51,555 bases of DNA from contig NC_068982.1 in assembly GCF_001194135.2 (NCBI RefSeq), positions 99,237,656 through 99,289,210 of the forward strand. Reading direction: 5' to 3'. This stretch comes from Octopus bimaculoides (lineage: Eukaryota). The notes beneath the pieces were generated by a model. It saw only the letters and a list, made by a program, of their open reading frames with translations. It was not told where the DNA came from and made no database searches. Of the stretch, positions 1 to 11,869 are shown piece by piece; position 1 is the stretch's first letter, and every line of letters starts with the position of its first letter. The position numbers and the translations under genes were made by a program.

Positions 1-663
1 AGCTCAATTGAAAAACATATTATCCTGGCCCAAATGAGATGGACTGGGCATGTAATTAGAATGAAGGATGATCATTTGCCGAAGCGCTTATTTTATGGTG
101 AGCTCAGCTCTGGTGAGCGACCACAGCAGAAACCAAGAAAGAAGTATAAAGATTGCATTAAACAAAGCCTAAAAAAACTAGATATGTATGAAAGTGATTG
201 GGAAGGAGATGTTCTGGATCGAAGCAAGTGGAGAGCTGTTGTCAGGACGAGCTGTGATGTCTGGGAGGAAAAGATGTTTCAGCAACTTGAGCTTAAGCGG
301 GCCTGTCGAAAGGGAAAAATTGTAAACAATGGAGAGTATAGGATGTGTATTGTGTGTGATCGCGTTCTTCTGTCAAAAGCAGGATATGTGAATCACATGA
401 AAACACATGAGGGTAGAAATTCCAGACACCCTAAATACCAACCACCTTCTGTGACCTGTGGCATATGTCACAAGGTTTGTAAAACAATAGCCGGACTTAA
501 GAGACATATGCTGGTTCACAGAAGCATTTCCTTAGAATCAGATACCAGCGGGCAAGTATCGAGAGGCCTGAACATTTGTCATCTGTGCTGTAGACCTTGT
601 TGCTCAGCAGCCGAACTTCAAAGTCACTTGAGGGCTCACCAACGGAGTGATTGCACTGCGTGA
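1..663 (+). CDS. C-terminal part of RTE-clade LINE ORF2 (post-RT region plus three C2H2 zinc fingers), 5'-partial
   Basis: The frame is open from base 1 (SSIEKHIILAQMRWTGHVIRM..LPKRLFYGEL..G.R...KPRKKYKD..K..L...W....DRSKWR), the typical RTE C-terminal signature. Three CX2CX12HX3H fingers lie at 346-408, 457-519 and 577-639. Stop at 661-663. Confidence 0.88.
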   Translation, partial: SSIEKHIILAQMRWTGHVIRMKDDHLPKRLFYGELSSGERPQQKPRKKYKDCIKQSLKKLDMYESDWEGDVLDRSKWRAVVRTSCDVWEEKMFQQLELKRACRKGKIVNNGEYRMCIVCDRVLLSKAGYVNHMKTHEGRNSRHPKYQPPSVTCGICHKVCKTIAGLKRHMLVHRSISLESDTSGQVSRGLNICHLCCRPCCSAAELQSHLRAHQRSDCTA

Positions 664-795
664 TGATATGTGTGGATTGTTGATGGGATGGCTATCGTCT
701 GTCAAGATGGAGCAGTCGTCATGTATGTATGTATGTATATGTGTGTATATATATGTATGTATGTATGTATGTATGCATGTATATATATATATATA
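1..795 (+). mobile_element. 3' end of RTE LINE with short 3'UTR and (ATGT)n/(AT)n tail
   Basis: The ORF2 stop is followed by about 57 bp of UTR and then a microsatellite tail from 721, as is usual for RTE elements. Confidence 0.8.
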
Positions 796-1485
796 NNNNN
801 NNNNNNNNNNNNNNNNNNNNNNNNNNNNNNNNNNNNNNNNNNNNNNNNNNNNNNNNNNNNNNNNNNNNNNNNNNNNNNNNNNNNNNNNNNNNNNNNNNNN
901 NNNNNNNNNNNNNNNNNNNNNNNNNNNNNNNNNNNNNNNNNNNNNNNNNNNNNNNNNNNNNNNNNNNNNNNNNNNNNNNNNNNNNNNNNNNNNNNNNNNN
1001 NNNNNNNTGTGTATATATATATGTATATATGTATGTATGTATGTATGTATAATATATTTGATATATATGATGGACTCTCCTACTGAGCATCCAGTTGTTT
1101 GTGGAACTGCACAACCTACTCATTGAATTAGTATACAAAGTGTAGTGTTACATGTGGTGTTATGGGCTGTGATGAGCTATGTGGTGGTGGTGGAGAGGAA
1201 TTGCGGATGAAGCAAATGGAAGTGAAGACCGGAGGGGGCTGGCAGAAGTGGCCAGAGGCGGATGCGTGGACAGTGAGCATGTGTGGTCAGTTCGAGCAGA
1301 TATGGTGTGCGTAGAAGTCGTGGTTTTATCTGGAGTGATCGTTGATCCCGCCATGGTCGACAAGGTAAGGTCGCTGTATTTTTTTCTCCGTTTTGCTTCT
1401 TGTTGTCTTTTTCCTCCATCACACCACACAAAGTGACTGAGTAATCTACAGAACTCTTTACCCTTGACAAAATTCTCAGGAAGAA

Positions 1486-1689
1486 TCAGTTAGATGTAGT
1501 GCAACATAGTTGGTCCTTTGAATTACAAGCACAGTCCATCTGATGTTCCTGTCTGTCCAATTTCATTCTCAAGCCTTGGATTGACCAAAAGCTATGAAAA
1601 AGAGAGTTACTTAAAACGACATGTAATGGTATTGAACCAAGGATTTCAGAGTAGTGAAGCAAACTTCTTAACCATTCAGCTATGCCTGT
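1486..1689 (-). mobile_element. Degraded tRNA-headed SINE
   Basis: The minus strand reads GGCATAGCTGAATGGTTAAG (A box) ... GGTTCAATACC (B box). Confidence 0.65.
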
Positions 1690-1704
1690 ACCATAAATAT
1701 CCAC

Positions 1705-2006
1705 TCATGCATGCACACCGCACAAACACCCCCAAACATCCACACCCACACCCACATACACTCACAGAAGCATACACATACATATATACACACACAAAAG
1801 GTAACATGTGCACACAGACACATTCACATATACATAGACACATGCATCACACACACTTCACACACATACTCACATGCACATGCACATACACATGTCCTTC
1901 ATAAGCATACACAAACACGTACACACATGCCCCTTACATATATAGCAAGAAGACAAGGACTTTTCTCTGAAGTGAAATCAAGAAGCACAACTTTCTCATT
2001 GATATT

Positions 2007-2066
<60 letters not shown>

Positions 2067-2155
2067 GGTCTCTCTCTCTCACAGTCTCTCTCTCTCAATC
2101 TCTCTCTCACTCTCTTCCTCTCACACTCATACTTTTGCACCCCCCTCTCTCTCTT
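1705..2155. repeat. Degenerate (CA)n followed by (CT)n microsatellites
   Basis: Seen directly in the sequence. Confidence 0.95.
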
Positions 2156-2878
2156 GTCTGTTTATTGGATTGGAACTTTCCAGATGAAAGCAAATAAATG
2201 GTTCATTTCTTAAAAATTTTCCCTTTGTTTTTCCCTTGCTCATTAATTCTTTCCTCCCTTATATTTACATGTTGTTTGTAGGGGACATTAGTAATGTTCC
2301 CAGCACCTGCTTTTTTTTCTTCTTGTTCTTTGTTTTGAAGTACATATGATAGCTAGTGACAGTAAAATATTTGCTAACTTTAGTAAAGATGTCAGCACAA
2401 AATGTTAGGATTGATTTAATGATGACTAAACAATGACTCTATGATATTTATTGATTATAATAGCTTTCATCTTGGACCTGAACTGAAGTCATGATATGTC
2501 AGTGGTGTGTTCCCTCACCCTGCCACCATTATTATTTATGTTATTAAGTCAGTGTATTTAGCAGTTGAAAGAGAGATATAAGCATTAAACAATATATTAT
2601 GGAGTGATTGGTCAGATAAATAGAACATACTGAATGACAGAGATGGGAAAGGGGAGGAAGGTGATTGGTGCTTGTCTAGTGAATTTATAAACTGTTGATG
2701 TTGGTCATTAGCTATTATTGTACTTGTTTATCCCTTATTCATCCCTGATTGAGCAGACCGCTGATCAAAGATGTTCCAATTATATCCATTCCATTTTTTT
2801 CATATGTAATGTATGTAGGACTATATTATCCAATGTGCCCCACCACCACAAATTTTTAAGGATGATGAGACATAATTG

Positions 2879-3203
2879 GAGGAGATTTGGCTACTATTTC
2901 TATTAGGTTAAGAGTTCATATGTTGCAGAGACCAACTTTTTTATTTTCATCTTTTTGGATCAATAAAGCAATGTGTTCAGCAAGTACAGGGGCAAATCAA
3001 CAGTCCTATAGGGCAACCTAGAAATTAATTATATTATAATAGAATGTAATTAGAGGAGATTTGGCTACTATTTCTATCAGGTTAAGAGTTCAAATCTAAC
3101 TTTTTTTCATCCTTTTAGATCAATAAAGCAATGTGCCCAGCAAGTACAAGGGACAACTTAACTTTCCTATAATAGAACCTAGAAATGAATTAAATTATAA
3201 TAG
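2879..3203 (+). repeat. Diverged tandem duplication (about 165 + 150 bp)
   Basis: The block gaggagatttggctactatttcta...gatcaataaagcaatgtg...ttataataga occurs at 2879-3043 and 3053-3203. Confidence 0.9.
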
Positions 3204-3580
3204 AAGACAGATACTCCTTCAATGGTTTATTGTGGACTGGATAACATGACTGTCATCTCTGTCTTCTTATGTATTATTTTTATTGTCATAGAACAGGGAA
3301 AAATTCCTTTTTTTACCCAAATAATCTGATGGCAATTAAAGAAAGAGTTCAAGGAAATTAAGAGATACTTTTGACAAAAATGTAGCACTAGTTAATTCAA
3401 AGACTTAGTTTCATCATTGTAAGTAAGAATAAATGATGCTCTTGTTGCTAGTATAATTGCTTTCTTAGGTTAGTCTGAAGAAGAGTTGTAAAACTGATAC
3501 ACATTTTGAACCCCTTTTTATTCATAAGATAAGAATGACTAGACAAAGTTGTTAATTGTAGTTCATGTCCAGTTTGATAT

Positions 3581-3972
3581 GTGGAGGCGCAATGGCCCAG
3601 TGGTTAGGGCAGCGGACTTGCGGTCATAGGATCGCGGTTTCGATTCCCAGACCGGGCGTTGTGCGTGTTTCTTGAGCGAAAACACCTAAAGCTCCACAAG
3701 GCTCCGGCAGGGGATGGTGGTGAACCCTGCTGTACTCTTTCACCACAACTTTCTCTCACTCTTACTTTCTGTTGTGCCTGTAATTCAAAGGGTCAGCCTT
3801 GTCACACTGTGTCACGCTGTATATCCCTGAGAACTACGTTAAGGGTACACGTGTCTGTAGAGTGCTCAGCCATTTGCATGTTAATTTCATGAGCAGGCTG
3901 TTCCGTTGATCGGATCAACTGGAACCCTCGACGTTGTAAGCGACGGAGTGCCAACAACAACAACAACAACAA
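3581..3972 (+). mobile_element. Full-length tRNA-derived SINE (family X) with (CAA)n tail
   Basis: A box TGGCCCAGTGG and B box GGTTTCGATTCC. Perfect 12-bp TSD ccagtttgatat at 3569-3580 and 3973-3984. A second copy lies at 37232. Confidence 0.95.
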
Positions 3973-4349
3973 CCAGTTTGATATATTTAATGTCAAAGAC
4001 AAATATTGTTATTTAGCTAGAGAAGACACATTGGATAATGCAGTCCTACATAAACAACTATATGTGTTAAAGTCTAGTTTAACATGTTTTATGTCTAAGT
4101 TAAATTTGGTTAAAGTGAAATGGGGTGGGAAAAAAGAAAGAAGAAATGTAATGATGAGCAGGATAATTAAACAAAATGCTTTTTGAAATCTTTTAAATGA
4201 TGATATAGTAAATAATAAATGTTCAATAAACATGTTTAAATAAAGTTAGAATAATTATAATGGATTAATAAAAGATAATGATAATTGAGTGACAGGTTAG
4301 CAGAAATAATAATTTTTTACATTGGCACAAGGTTAGAAATTTTAGTAAA

Positions 4350-4790
4350 GAAGTTCATTACAGCAACTCTGGCACTTGAGGTGTACTTTATATCAGGGCT
4401 GTGGAGTCAGAGTCGGAGTCAGAGTCAGAGTCGTGGAGTTGGAGCAGAGTCAGAGTCGTGGAGTTGGAGCAGAGTCAGAGTTGGTAAAACTATATTGACT
4501 CTGATTCCAACTCACAATATCTTTATTCTTTGATATAAACCAGTTATAACACATAAGCCTACTCAAAGTACAAGTGTATGCATATGCTTTATGAGATATG
4601 TAGACCACAATCACTTAATTACATAAAGAGGAGTTGGAGTCAAAGTTTTTGTTTCAACTCCACAGCCCTACTTTATATTCCAGAAGGATAAATGACAAAG
4701 TTGACCTCAGCTGAGTTTGAATTTGAAATATAAAAAATCAGGACAAATGCTCGAAGTTGTTTTATTTGACTTAGTAATGATTTTGTTAAT
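4350..4790 (-). mobile_element. Decayed family-C SINE interrupted by the hAT MITE
   Basis: The fragment gaaggataaatgacaaagttgacctcagctgagtttgaattt matches the family-C core seen at 9060 and 15005. Confidence 0.5.
4394..4670. mobile_element. hAT-type MITE (277 bp)
   Basis: TIRs cagggctgtggagt / actccacagcccta. Exact 8-bp TSD ctttatat at 4386-4393 and 4671-4678. Subterminal GGAGTC/AGAGTC repeats. Confidence 0.9.
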
Positions 4791-5779
4791 ACTCCAGCCT
4801 GAAGAGGTGGCAGAAATCTTAAGTGACTATACTATAAATCAATTTTAAGTTATTTGTCTTTGCATCTTCAGTTCAGATCACAGAGTTCAACTTTGTGTTT
4901 CATCTTATTAGGATCAAAAGGATATATACCATCTATATTCACCACAAGGTCCAGTCCTTGTGACAGTACAGTGAAACATATGAACATGTACCTTAATAAT
5001 CTTGCAAACTATACAGGCAGTATGCAAGCTTCTGGTAGGGACCTCAATGCTGGACAGGTAAAAAGATAGAAACCAGACAAATATGGACCAGGTAAAGGAT
5101 TAAGACTAGACAAGTATGGAGAGGTAAAAATGAGTTTACATAGGGTCAAAATTCCTACCTAGAAAAAGTAAAGTATCAATAACAATCCAAAACCAACAAG
5201 ATCTGGGAAAGAAAGGCCTTCCTTCTGGGATTCACATACTCACAAAAATAGCTGGAAGTTGGGTACTGAGGCAGGGCTAAAAAAGCAGTGATCCAACTGG
5301 AGAGAAGCAGAAAGAGTATCAGAATATTTTATATTCATTAACCTGAAAGTTCAGATTTCGTAACTCTTGAGTTTCACATTTCTGATTGTCAAACCAAATA
5401 TGAATAATGCAGGAAAACAACAAGAGGCATTTCATTAACTACATGTGTAATGCTAAAAACTAAAAATTTGAATAGATAAAAAAATATTTCATTGTGTATG
5501 AAAAAAGAGTTTTGTTCGTGCATATGCAAAAATATATATAAAAAAAGGCAATGCAAATTTAATCTTAATTACTAAAGATATATGTACGAGGTCTGATCAA
5601 TAAGTATCTGGGCTATTACTATAGTAATGAAGTTAAAGCATGCAGAGTGAAGCTGCTTGGCACAGACTGACCTTGAGTTCTGCTGTACATGTGCACTAAG
5701 CTTTAATGTTCTAGCTCATTTCCTGTGTTTACAGTAGTGCTTGGAAGGAAGGTGTGTAGTGTTGATCATCACATTGACC

Positions 5780-6184
5780 ATGACAGAAAGTTGTCATTGC
5801 GATATCTGCTCAGAGGCCTATGCAAAGTTGCTGAAAATGTATGGAGAGGAGTGTATGACCCGCACATAAGTGTAGAAACGATTTAGACATTTCCAAGATG
5901 GCCGAAAAATGTCAATAATGACAAACGTTCTGGGAAGCCCACAACTAGCAGAACTGAGGAAAAACATTGCAGATGTGCATGCAGCTATGAGGGGAAATCA
6001 GTGAATCCCCATCCATGAGTGATCAGAGGATGTGTAGATTAGTTATGGCTCAGTTCAGTCCATTATCACTGAAGATTTGGGTATAAGATGCATGTCTGCC
6101 AAGTTTGTGCCAAAACTGCTTTCAGCTGACCAAAAAGACACTCAGGTTTCAGTTGCACAAGATCTCCTTGATTATGTTGAGAAC
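5780..6184 (+). pseudogene. Mariner transposase N-terminal half (HTH region to the WVPHEL-like motif)
   Basis: With stops and frameshifts it reads SEAYAKLLKMYGEECM..RSGKPTTSRTE..SYGSVQSIITEDLG..SAKFVPKLLSADQK..DLLDYVEN, then resumes as NDENFLTT at about 6630-6652 after the SINE. Confidence 0.88.
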
Positions 6185-6610
6185 TCTTTTACTCTTTTAC
6201 TTGTTTCAGTCTCTTGACTGTGGCTATGCTGGAGCACTGCCTTTAGTTGAACTAATCAACCCCAGGACTTATTCTTCGTAAGCCTAATACTCATTCAGTC
6301 GGTGTCTTTTGTCGAACCACTAAGTTACAGAAATGTAAACTTACCAACAACGGTTGTCAAGCGATGGTGGTGGTGGTGGGGGACAAACACAGACACACAA
6401 ATACACACACATACACACACACATATATATATATATATATTTATATACAATGCACTTCTTTCAGTTTCTGTCTACCAAATCCACTCAGAAGGTTTTGGTC
6501 AGCCCGAGACTATAGTAGAAGACACTTGCCCAAGGTGCCATGCAGTGGGACTGAACCTGGAACTATGTGGCTGGGAAGCAAGCTTCTTACCACACAGCCA
6601 CTCCTGCACT
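6185..6610 (-). mobile_element. Family-A tRNA SINE (CORE-like centre, internal CA/TA microsatellite) inserted in the mariner
   Basis: Matches the near-consensus copy at 17524-17935. Confidence 0.92.
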
Positions 6611-8033
6611 TATCCACACAGCTACTCCTAATGATGAAAACTTTTTGACAACTTTGCGTAGGCCTCTGAGCAGGTATTGTCAAGCTTTTGGCAAAATTTG
6701 ATGCAGATTCTCTGCTCAACTTTCTCTGTCACAGTAAATGTGACGATTACACACTACACACATTCCTTCCAAGCACTGTTGTAAACAGCGGAAGTGAGCT
6801 AGAACATTTAAACTTAGTATGCATGCCCAGCAGAGTTCAAGGTCAGTCTGTGCCAAGCAACTTCACTCTGTGTGCTTTAGCTTCATTACTATTGCAACAG
6901 TCCGGATACTTACTGATCAGACTATGTATATATATGTGTGTATGTGGGTATGATTAGATAGATACTCATATCGATAGATACCTTTATATTGTTTTTGTTT
7001 AAGGCCTGAGTATAAATGATTATTTACTCATTGATATAGTTATTCTTTTCGCATATTCTTCATACGTTGCCCATCTCATCTGTGTTGACTTAAGCTTTTG
7101 GCATGTTCTCATTCTGAAATGGTAAATACATTGACTTTAATGATTTTCCCTATAATTCTTAAACGACTATATTTTTTGCTGAAATAAATATTTTCTTACA
7201 TTGATTTAGATTTTGTTTTCCATTTGCATTTTAAATTCCATTCATTTGAGCTTAGTTTAAGATTGAAATCAAATATCAGTTTGTTCCCTGTTTATTCATT
7301 TTCTTTCTTTCTCAACGTTTCTTTTTTACTTTCATTGTTTCCATTTTTTGCTTCGTATTTCAAAAGTTTAATTATTTATGATGATTACCAATTAGACTTT
7401 TCAAACATACAACTCCCTATTATTGATATTTCAAACTTAATTTGAATGATTAGATATTTGTTTTGTTTTATTTTATCTTATTGTATTTTTTGTTTTATCA
7501 CCCATCATTCTCTTTCTTAGGAATTTTTTTAATCAAAGAGAATTCAAAACCATTGTAATCGGATAATTACAAATAAGAATTTATGATTTTTATCAAACCA
7601 TCAAATATTAAAATAAAAATAAAACACATACAATAAAGAGAAAAATGATAAATATAAGAATATTTGGAGTCAACTTGAATAATAATTTCATTTTTCTTAA
7701 GATAATTTTTTATTCTTTAGTTTCCTAGTGAGTCTTTAGACTTGTTTTCTTCACCATTCCTCTTTCACATTCTTTTCACTATACTTTTCTCTTATAAATA
7801 GATAGAATAAATGTTATGATGCTGGTGGAGAATGAGCATAGATTTCAAAAAATAAGGAAACACTTGTGATATAAATTCAAGTTATGGAGGTTTAACTTAT
7901 TAGATAACAGCAAATGTTAAATTAAGACTTACTTGTCAGATTAGAACATTCTAATCAACATTTTAAACCAAATTGAAATAAATAACGATTGTCCAACTGT
8001 GGTAGGCAAGCTCTCATTTACCAAAACTTTTAA

Positions 8034-8249
8034 CCTCTTTGATACCTATCTGCCCAAAATACCTCTGGGTCTCTGATACAAACTTCCCATTCTAAGGTGG
8101 ATTTTAAAACCTTCTGTCAAAATTTCATGATAATCTGTCCCAAACACCAGCTTAACAATGACAAAGTCATTTTAGTAAATTCTTTGTTATTTTCAAAATT
8201 AATTTTAACAAAAGCAATGTATCTCAATAGAAATACAATAACAAAAGGG
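8034..8249. mobile_element. piggyBac-type MITE (family D)
   Basis: TTAA at 8030-33 and 8250-53. Termini CCTCTTTG / CAAAAGGG. Related copies at about 13300, 24420 and 41880. Confidence 0.72.
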
Positions 8250-8547
8250 TTAAACATCGAGTTTAGATTGAACCCAGTAGGCTTCCTGTTTCTGTTACTG
8301 CTATTTGCAATAGTCTCATTTTCTTGTTAATTCCATATTTAATCACTGAAATCCATTTTAATAAACTCATGTCTCTTCTTGTCATCTTCCTTATGTCTCA
8401 ATTCTGAACCACTTTCCTCAAAATGCACACCTTTGGAACCCTCTTCCAGCCATCACTTCTTGTAACACTTAATTGAAAAATGTTATTCCAGTTGTAGAGA
8501 TAGGAGAGTATCGTAGTTCGCTTGAAGCATTGTGTATTGTTTGTAAA

Positions 8548-8822
8548 GAATAAAAAATTTAGAATGGTACAACAATGCACTATATAAAAAAAAAAATGGA
8601 CTATATACCTGTTGTAATTTGGTTATCTATAGTCCAATGATATTTTGGAATTACAATTCCTTCTTGAGATCTTTTTGAAATCTAAGAAGATCTGAAGAAG
8701 GAATTGTAATTGTAATTGTAATTCCGAAATATCATCGGACTATAGATAACCAAATTACAACAGGTATATGATCCATTTTTTTTTCTATAGTGCATTGTTG
8801 TATCATTCTAAACTTTTTATTC
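8548..8822. repeat. Near-perfect palindrome with arms of about 120 bp
   Basis: The left arm 8548-8665 pairs with the right arm 8695-8822. The loop contains an agatct/agatct sub-stem. Confidence 0.95.
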
Positions 8823-8958
8823 GTTATTCCAGTTGTTAATTAAAATGATTTGTATGATTGGTTCCTAAATCTGATACCTGTGGTCATAAGAAGTCTTATA
8901 ACTACAATCACAGAAAAAAAAAATTAATGTAAAGTTATCACTATTCTGGGTTAATATT

Positions 8959-9170
8959 GGTTTCAAATTTGGGCACAAAGCCAACAATTTCAGGGTAGAG
9001 AATAAGTTGACTGCATCAACCCTAGTGCTTAGCTGGTACTTATTTCATCGACCCCTGAAGGATGAAAGGCAAAGTCGGCTTTGGCAGAGTTTGAACTCAG
9101 AATGTAAAGACAGACAAAATGCCACTTAGCATTTGTGTTAACGATTCTGCCAGCTCACTGCCTTGTTCAA
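8959..9170 (-). mobile_element. Family-C tRNA SINE
   Basis: The minus strand has the head AAGGCAGTGAGCTGGCAGAATCGTTA..GAGTTCAAA. 10-bp TSD ggttaatatt at 8949-58 and 9171-80. Confidence 0.88.
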
Positions 9171-10106
9171 GGTTAATATTAAACAATTATGATGTTAGCA
9201 TATACATGGGGCTAGTAATGGTCCCCATGCAATGTATATTTTCGTTTGTTTTCCCTTTCCTGATATTTTTCTTGAGATTTTTTAAAAACGTAACTAATAT
9301 GAAGAGGAAACTATAAGTTTGACAGAATCTATAACAAATTAACATTAATTTCTTTTCTTGTCTTATCGGTCTTGTGATATGTCATCTGCTCTTTCCATTT
9401 GGTCACATGTTGCTGTATATTACTGCAGTGTGACTCTTCTTCGTCCCACTCTCTCTATAGCACCGTCTGTATGTCTTATGCTTGTCTTTCTCTCTTTCTT
9501 TCCTTCTCTCTGTCTTTCTTTCTCTCTCTCTCTCTTTCATTCATTCCCTATCTTTCTTTCTTTTTCTCTCTCTCCCTCCCCCCTCTCTCTCTTTCTCACT
9601 CTCCCATCCTCTCACCAGAACCACCGCTTATGCTCCAGTGTTAACTTATTCACTCTCCAACTGCCTTCCCTAGTCCAAGCGTTTCTCTCTTCTTTCCNNN
9701 NNNNNNNNNNNNNNNNNNNNNNNNNNNNNNNNNNNNNNNNNNNNNNNNNNNNNNNNNNNNNNNNNNNNNNNNNNNNNNNNNNNNNNNNNNNNNNNNNNNN
9801 NNNNNNNNNNNNNNNNNNNNNNNNNNNNNNNNNNNNNNNNNNNNNNNNNNNNNNNNNNNNNNNNNNNNNNNNNNNNNNNNNNNNNNNNNNNNNNNNNNNN
9901 NNNNNNNNNNNNNNNNNNNNNNNNNNNNNNNNNNNNNNNNNNNNNNNNNNNNNNNNNNNNNNNNNNNNNNNNNNNNNNNNNNNNNNNNNNNNNNNNNNNN
10001 NNNNNNNNNNNNNNNNNNNNNNNNNNNNNNNNNNNNNNNNNNNNNNNNNNNNNNNNNNNNNNNNNNNNNNNNNNNNNNNNNNNNNNNNNNNNNNNNNNNN
10101 NNNNNN

Positions 10107-10178
<72 letters not shown>

Positions 10179-10582
10179 CGTGTGCGTGTGTGTGTGCACA
10201 ATTGGTTGTGGATTATCCATTTGGACGTGATTTTGTAACCTTGAAATTATTATTCTGACTGAAATATTCAGAAAAAAATATTCTGTAAGAACTTATTTGC
10301 TTTAACAGAAATTGCGGATCTTTTCTGCTGCTGTCACAGTTTTCTATTTTTTTATTTTTATTTAGTTACAATTGTTTTCAAAGTTGGTGTACTGATTCAG
10401 TTATGTATGCTAATTATAAAAATGTATTTCATTTTTGCCATAAACTAATAAATAAAAAGTTAAAAGCTTTTAAAGTTTGCAAGTTTTGGGTAATTTTAGC
10501 TAATCGAAAGCCACAGATACATTGGTGCCTATTTCCATAGTAACAAGTGAAGTTGTAGTCTGCTAAAACCACTACAACTTAT

Positions 10583-10790
10583 TTTTGTTTTACTTGTTTC
10601 AATCATTTGACTGCAGCCATGCTGGAGCACCACCTTATGTCGAAGAAATTGATCTCAGGACTTATTCTTTGTAAGTCTAGTACTTATTCTATTGGTCACT
10701 TTTGCTGAACTGCTACGTTTTGGGGACATAAACACACCAACATTGGTTGTCAAGCAATGGCAGGGACAAACACACATACACACATAAATT

Positions 10791-10837
<47 letters not shown>

Positions 10838-10997
10838 CGGGCTTCTATCAGTCTTTGACTACCAAATCCATTCACAAAGCTTTGGTCAGCTTGACGCTAT
10901 AGTAGAAGACACTTGCCCAAGGTGCAATGTAGTGAAGTGAACCCGGAACCATGTGGCTGGGAAGTAAGCTTCTTACCACACAGCCACGCCTGCACCT
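10583..10997 (-). mobile_element. Family-A SINE, full length
   Basis: Homologous to 17524-17935. Confidence 0.9.
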
Positions 10998-11154
10998 ATA
11001 TTTTCTTTACTTGTCTATTTTCTACTGTATTAAATAGTAACTATACCCAGCTGGAGCTGTCTGATTAGCCACCACAAATCATTATATGAATGAACTGGCA
11101 AAACTATTAGCATGCTAAACAAAATGCGTGCTAGTATTTCTTTCGATAATACAT

Positions 11155-11320
11155 TATGAATTCAAATTCCAATGAGGTTGACTTTGCCTTTCATCCTTCA
11201 GGATTGATACAATAAGTACCATTTGAACATTTGGAATGATGTAATTGACTAGCCTCCTCCCCACAAAAATTTCAGGTCTTGTGCCTATAATAGAAAGGAT
11301 GATTATTGTTATTATTATTA

Positions 11321-11385
<65 letters not shown>

Positions 11386-11441
11386 TTATGTTTGACTTTT
11401 GTTTTGCATTTGTACAAGTTGGATCCAAGTCTCACCCAGAG

Positions 11442-11498
<57 letters not shown>

Positions 11499-11715
11499 TA
11501 GGCAGCAAGCTGGCAGAATTGTTAGCATGCCAGGCAAAATGCTTAGCAGCATTTGGTCTGTCCTTATGTTCTGAGTTCAAATTCTACTGAGGTCGACTTT
11601 GCCTTTCATCCTTTTAGGGTTCGATGAAATAAGTACCTGTAGAGCACTGGGGTTGATGTAATTAACTAGCCCCCTCTCCCGAATTTCAGGCCTTGTGCCT
11701 ATAGGAGAAAGAATT
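11155..11715 (+). mobile_element. Two tandem family-C SINEs with (ATT)n tails
   Basis: A partial copy at 11155-11300 and a full copy at 11500-11715. Long (ATT)n runs at 11300-11385 and 11443-11499. Confidence 0.85.
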
Positions 11716-11869
11716 ATTATTATTAATATTATTGGTCTGGTCAGGATGAAGGAGCTGTGCTCATTGTCTTCACAAAACCTTTAAGACTAGAAGAACCAAA
11801 GGTATTTGCTACTTCAACCAAAAGAAATTCTATTTGAGAAATCCAAAGAAATTGCAGTACCATCTTGGA

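Larger units (their letters stand above)
5587..6926. mobile_element. Mariner-derived fold-back element with about 250-280 bp inverted arms
   Basis: Flanked by TA at 5585-86 and 6927-28. The segment 6649-6926 is an inverted copy of 5587-5830, covering the TIR, 5'UTR and start of the transposase. Confidence 0.9.

Noticed and set aside
647-2187. ORFs rich in YI/CV/HT/SL dipeptides, and similar ones at 9358-10230, 15430-15845, 37774-38177, 45336-46127 and 50808-51361
   Set aside because: They are translations of (AT)n, (CA)n and (CT)n microsatellites, often read through N-gaps.
3581-3660. tRNA gene (also at 37232 and other SINE heads)
   Set aside because: A and B boxes are present, but there is no complete cloverleaf and the sequence continues into a SINE body with tail and TSD.
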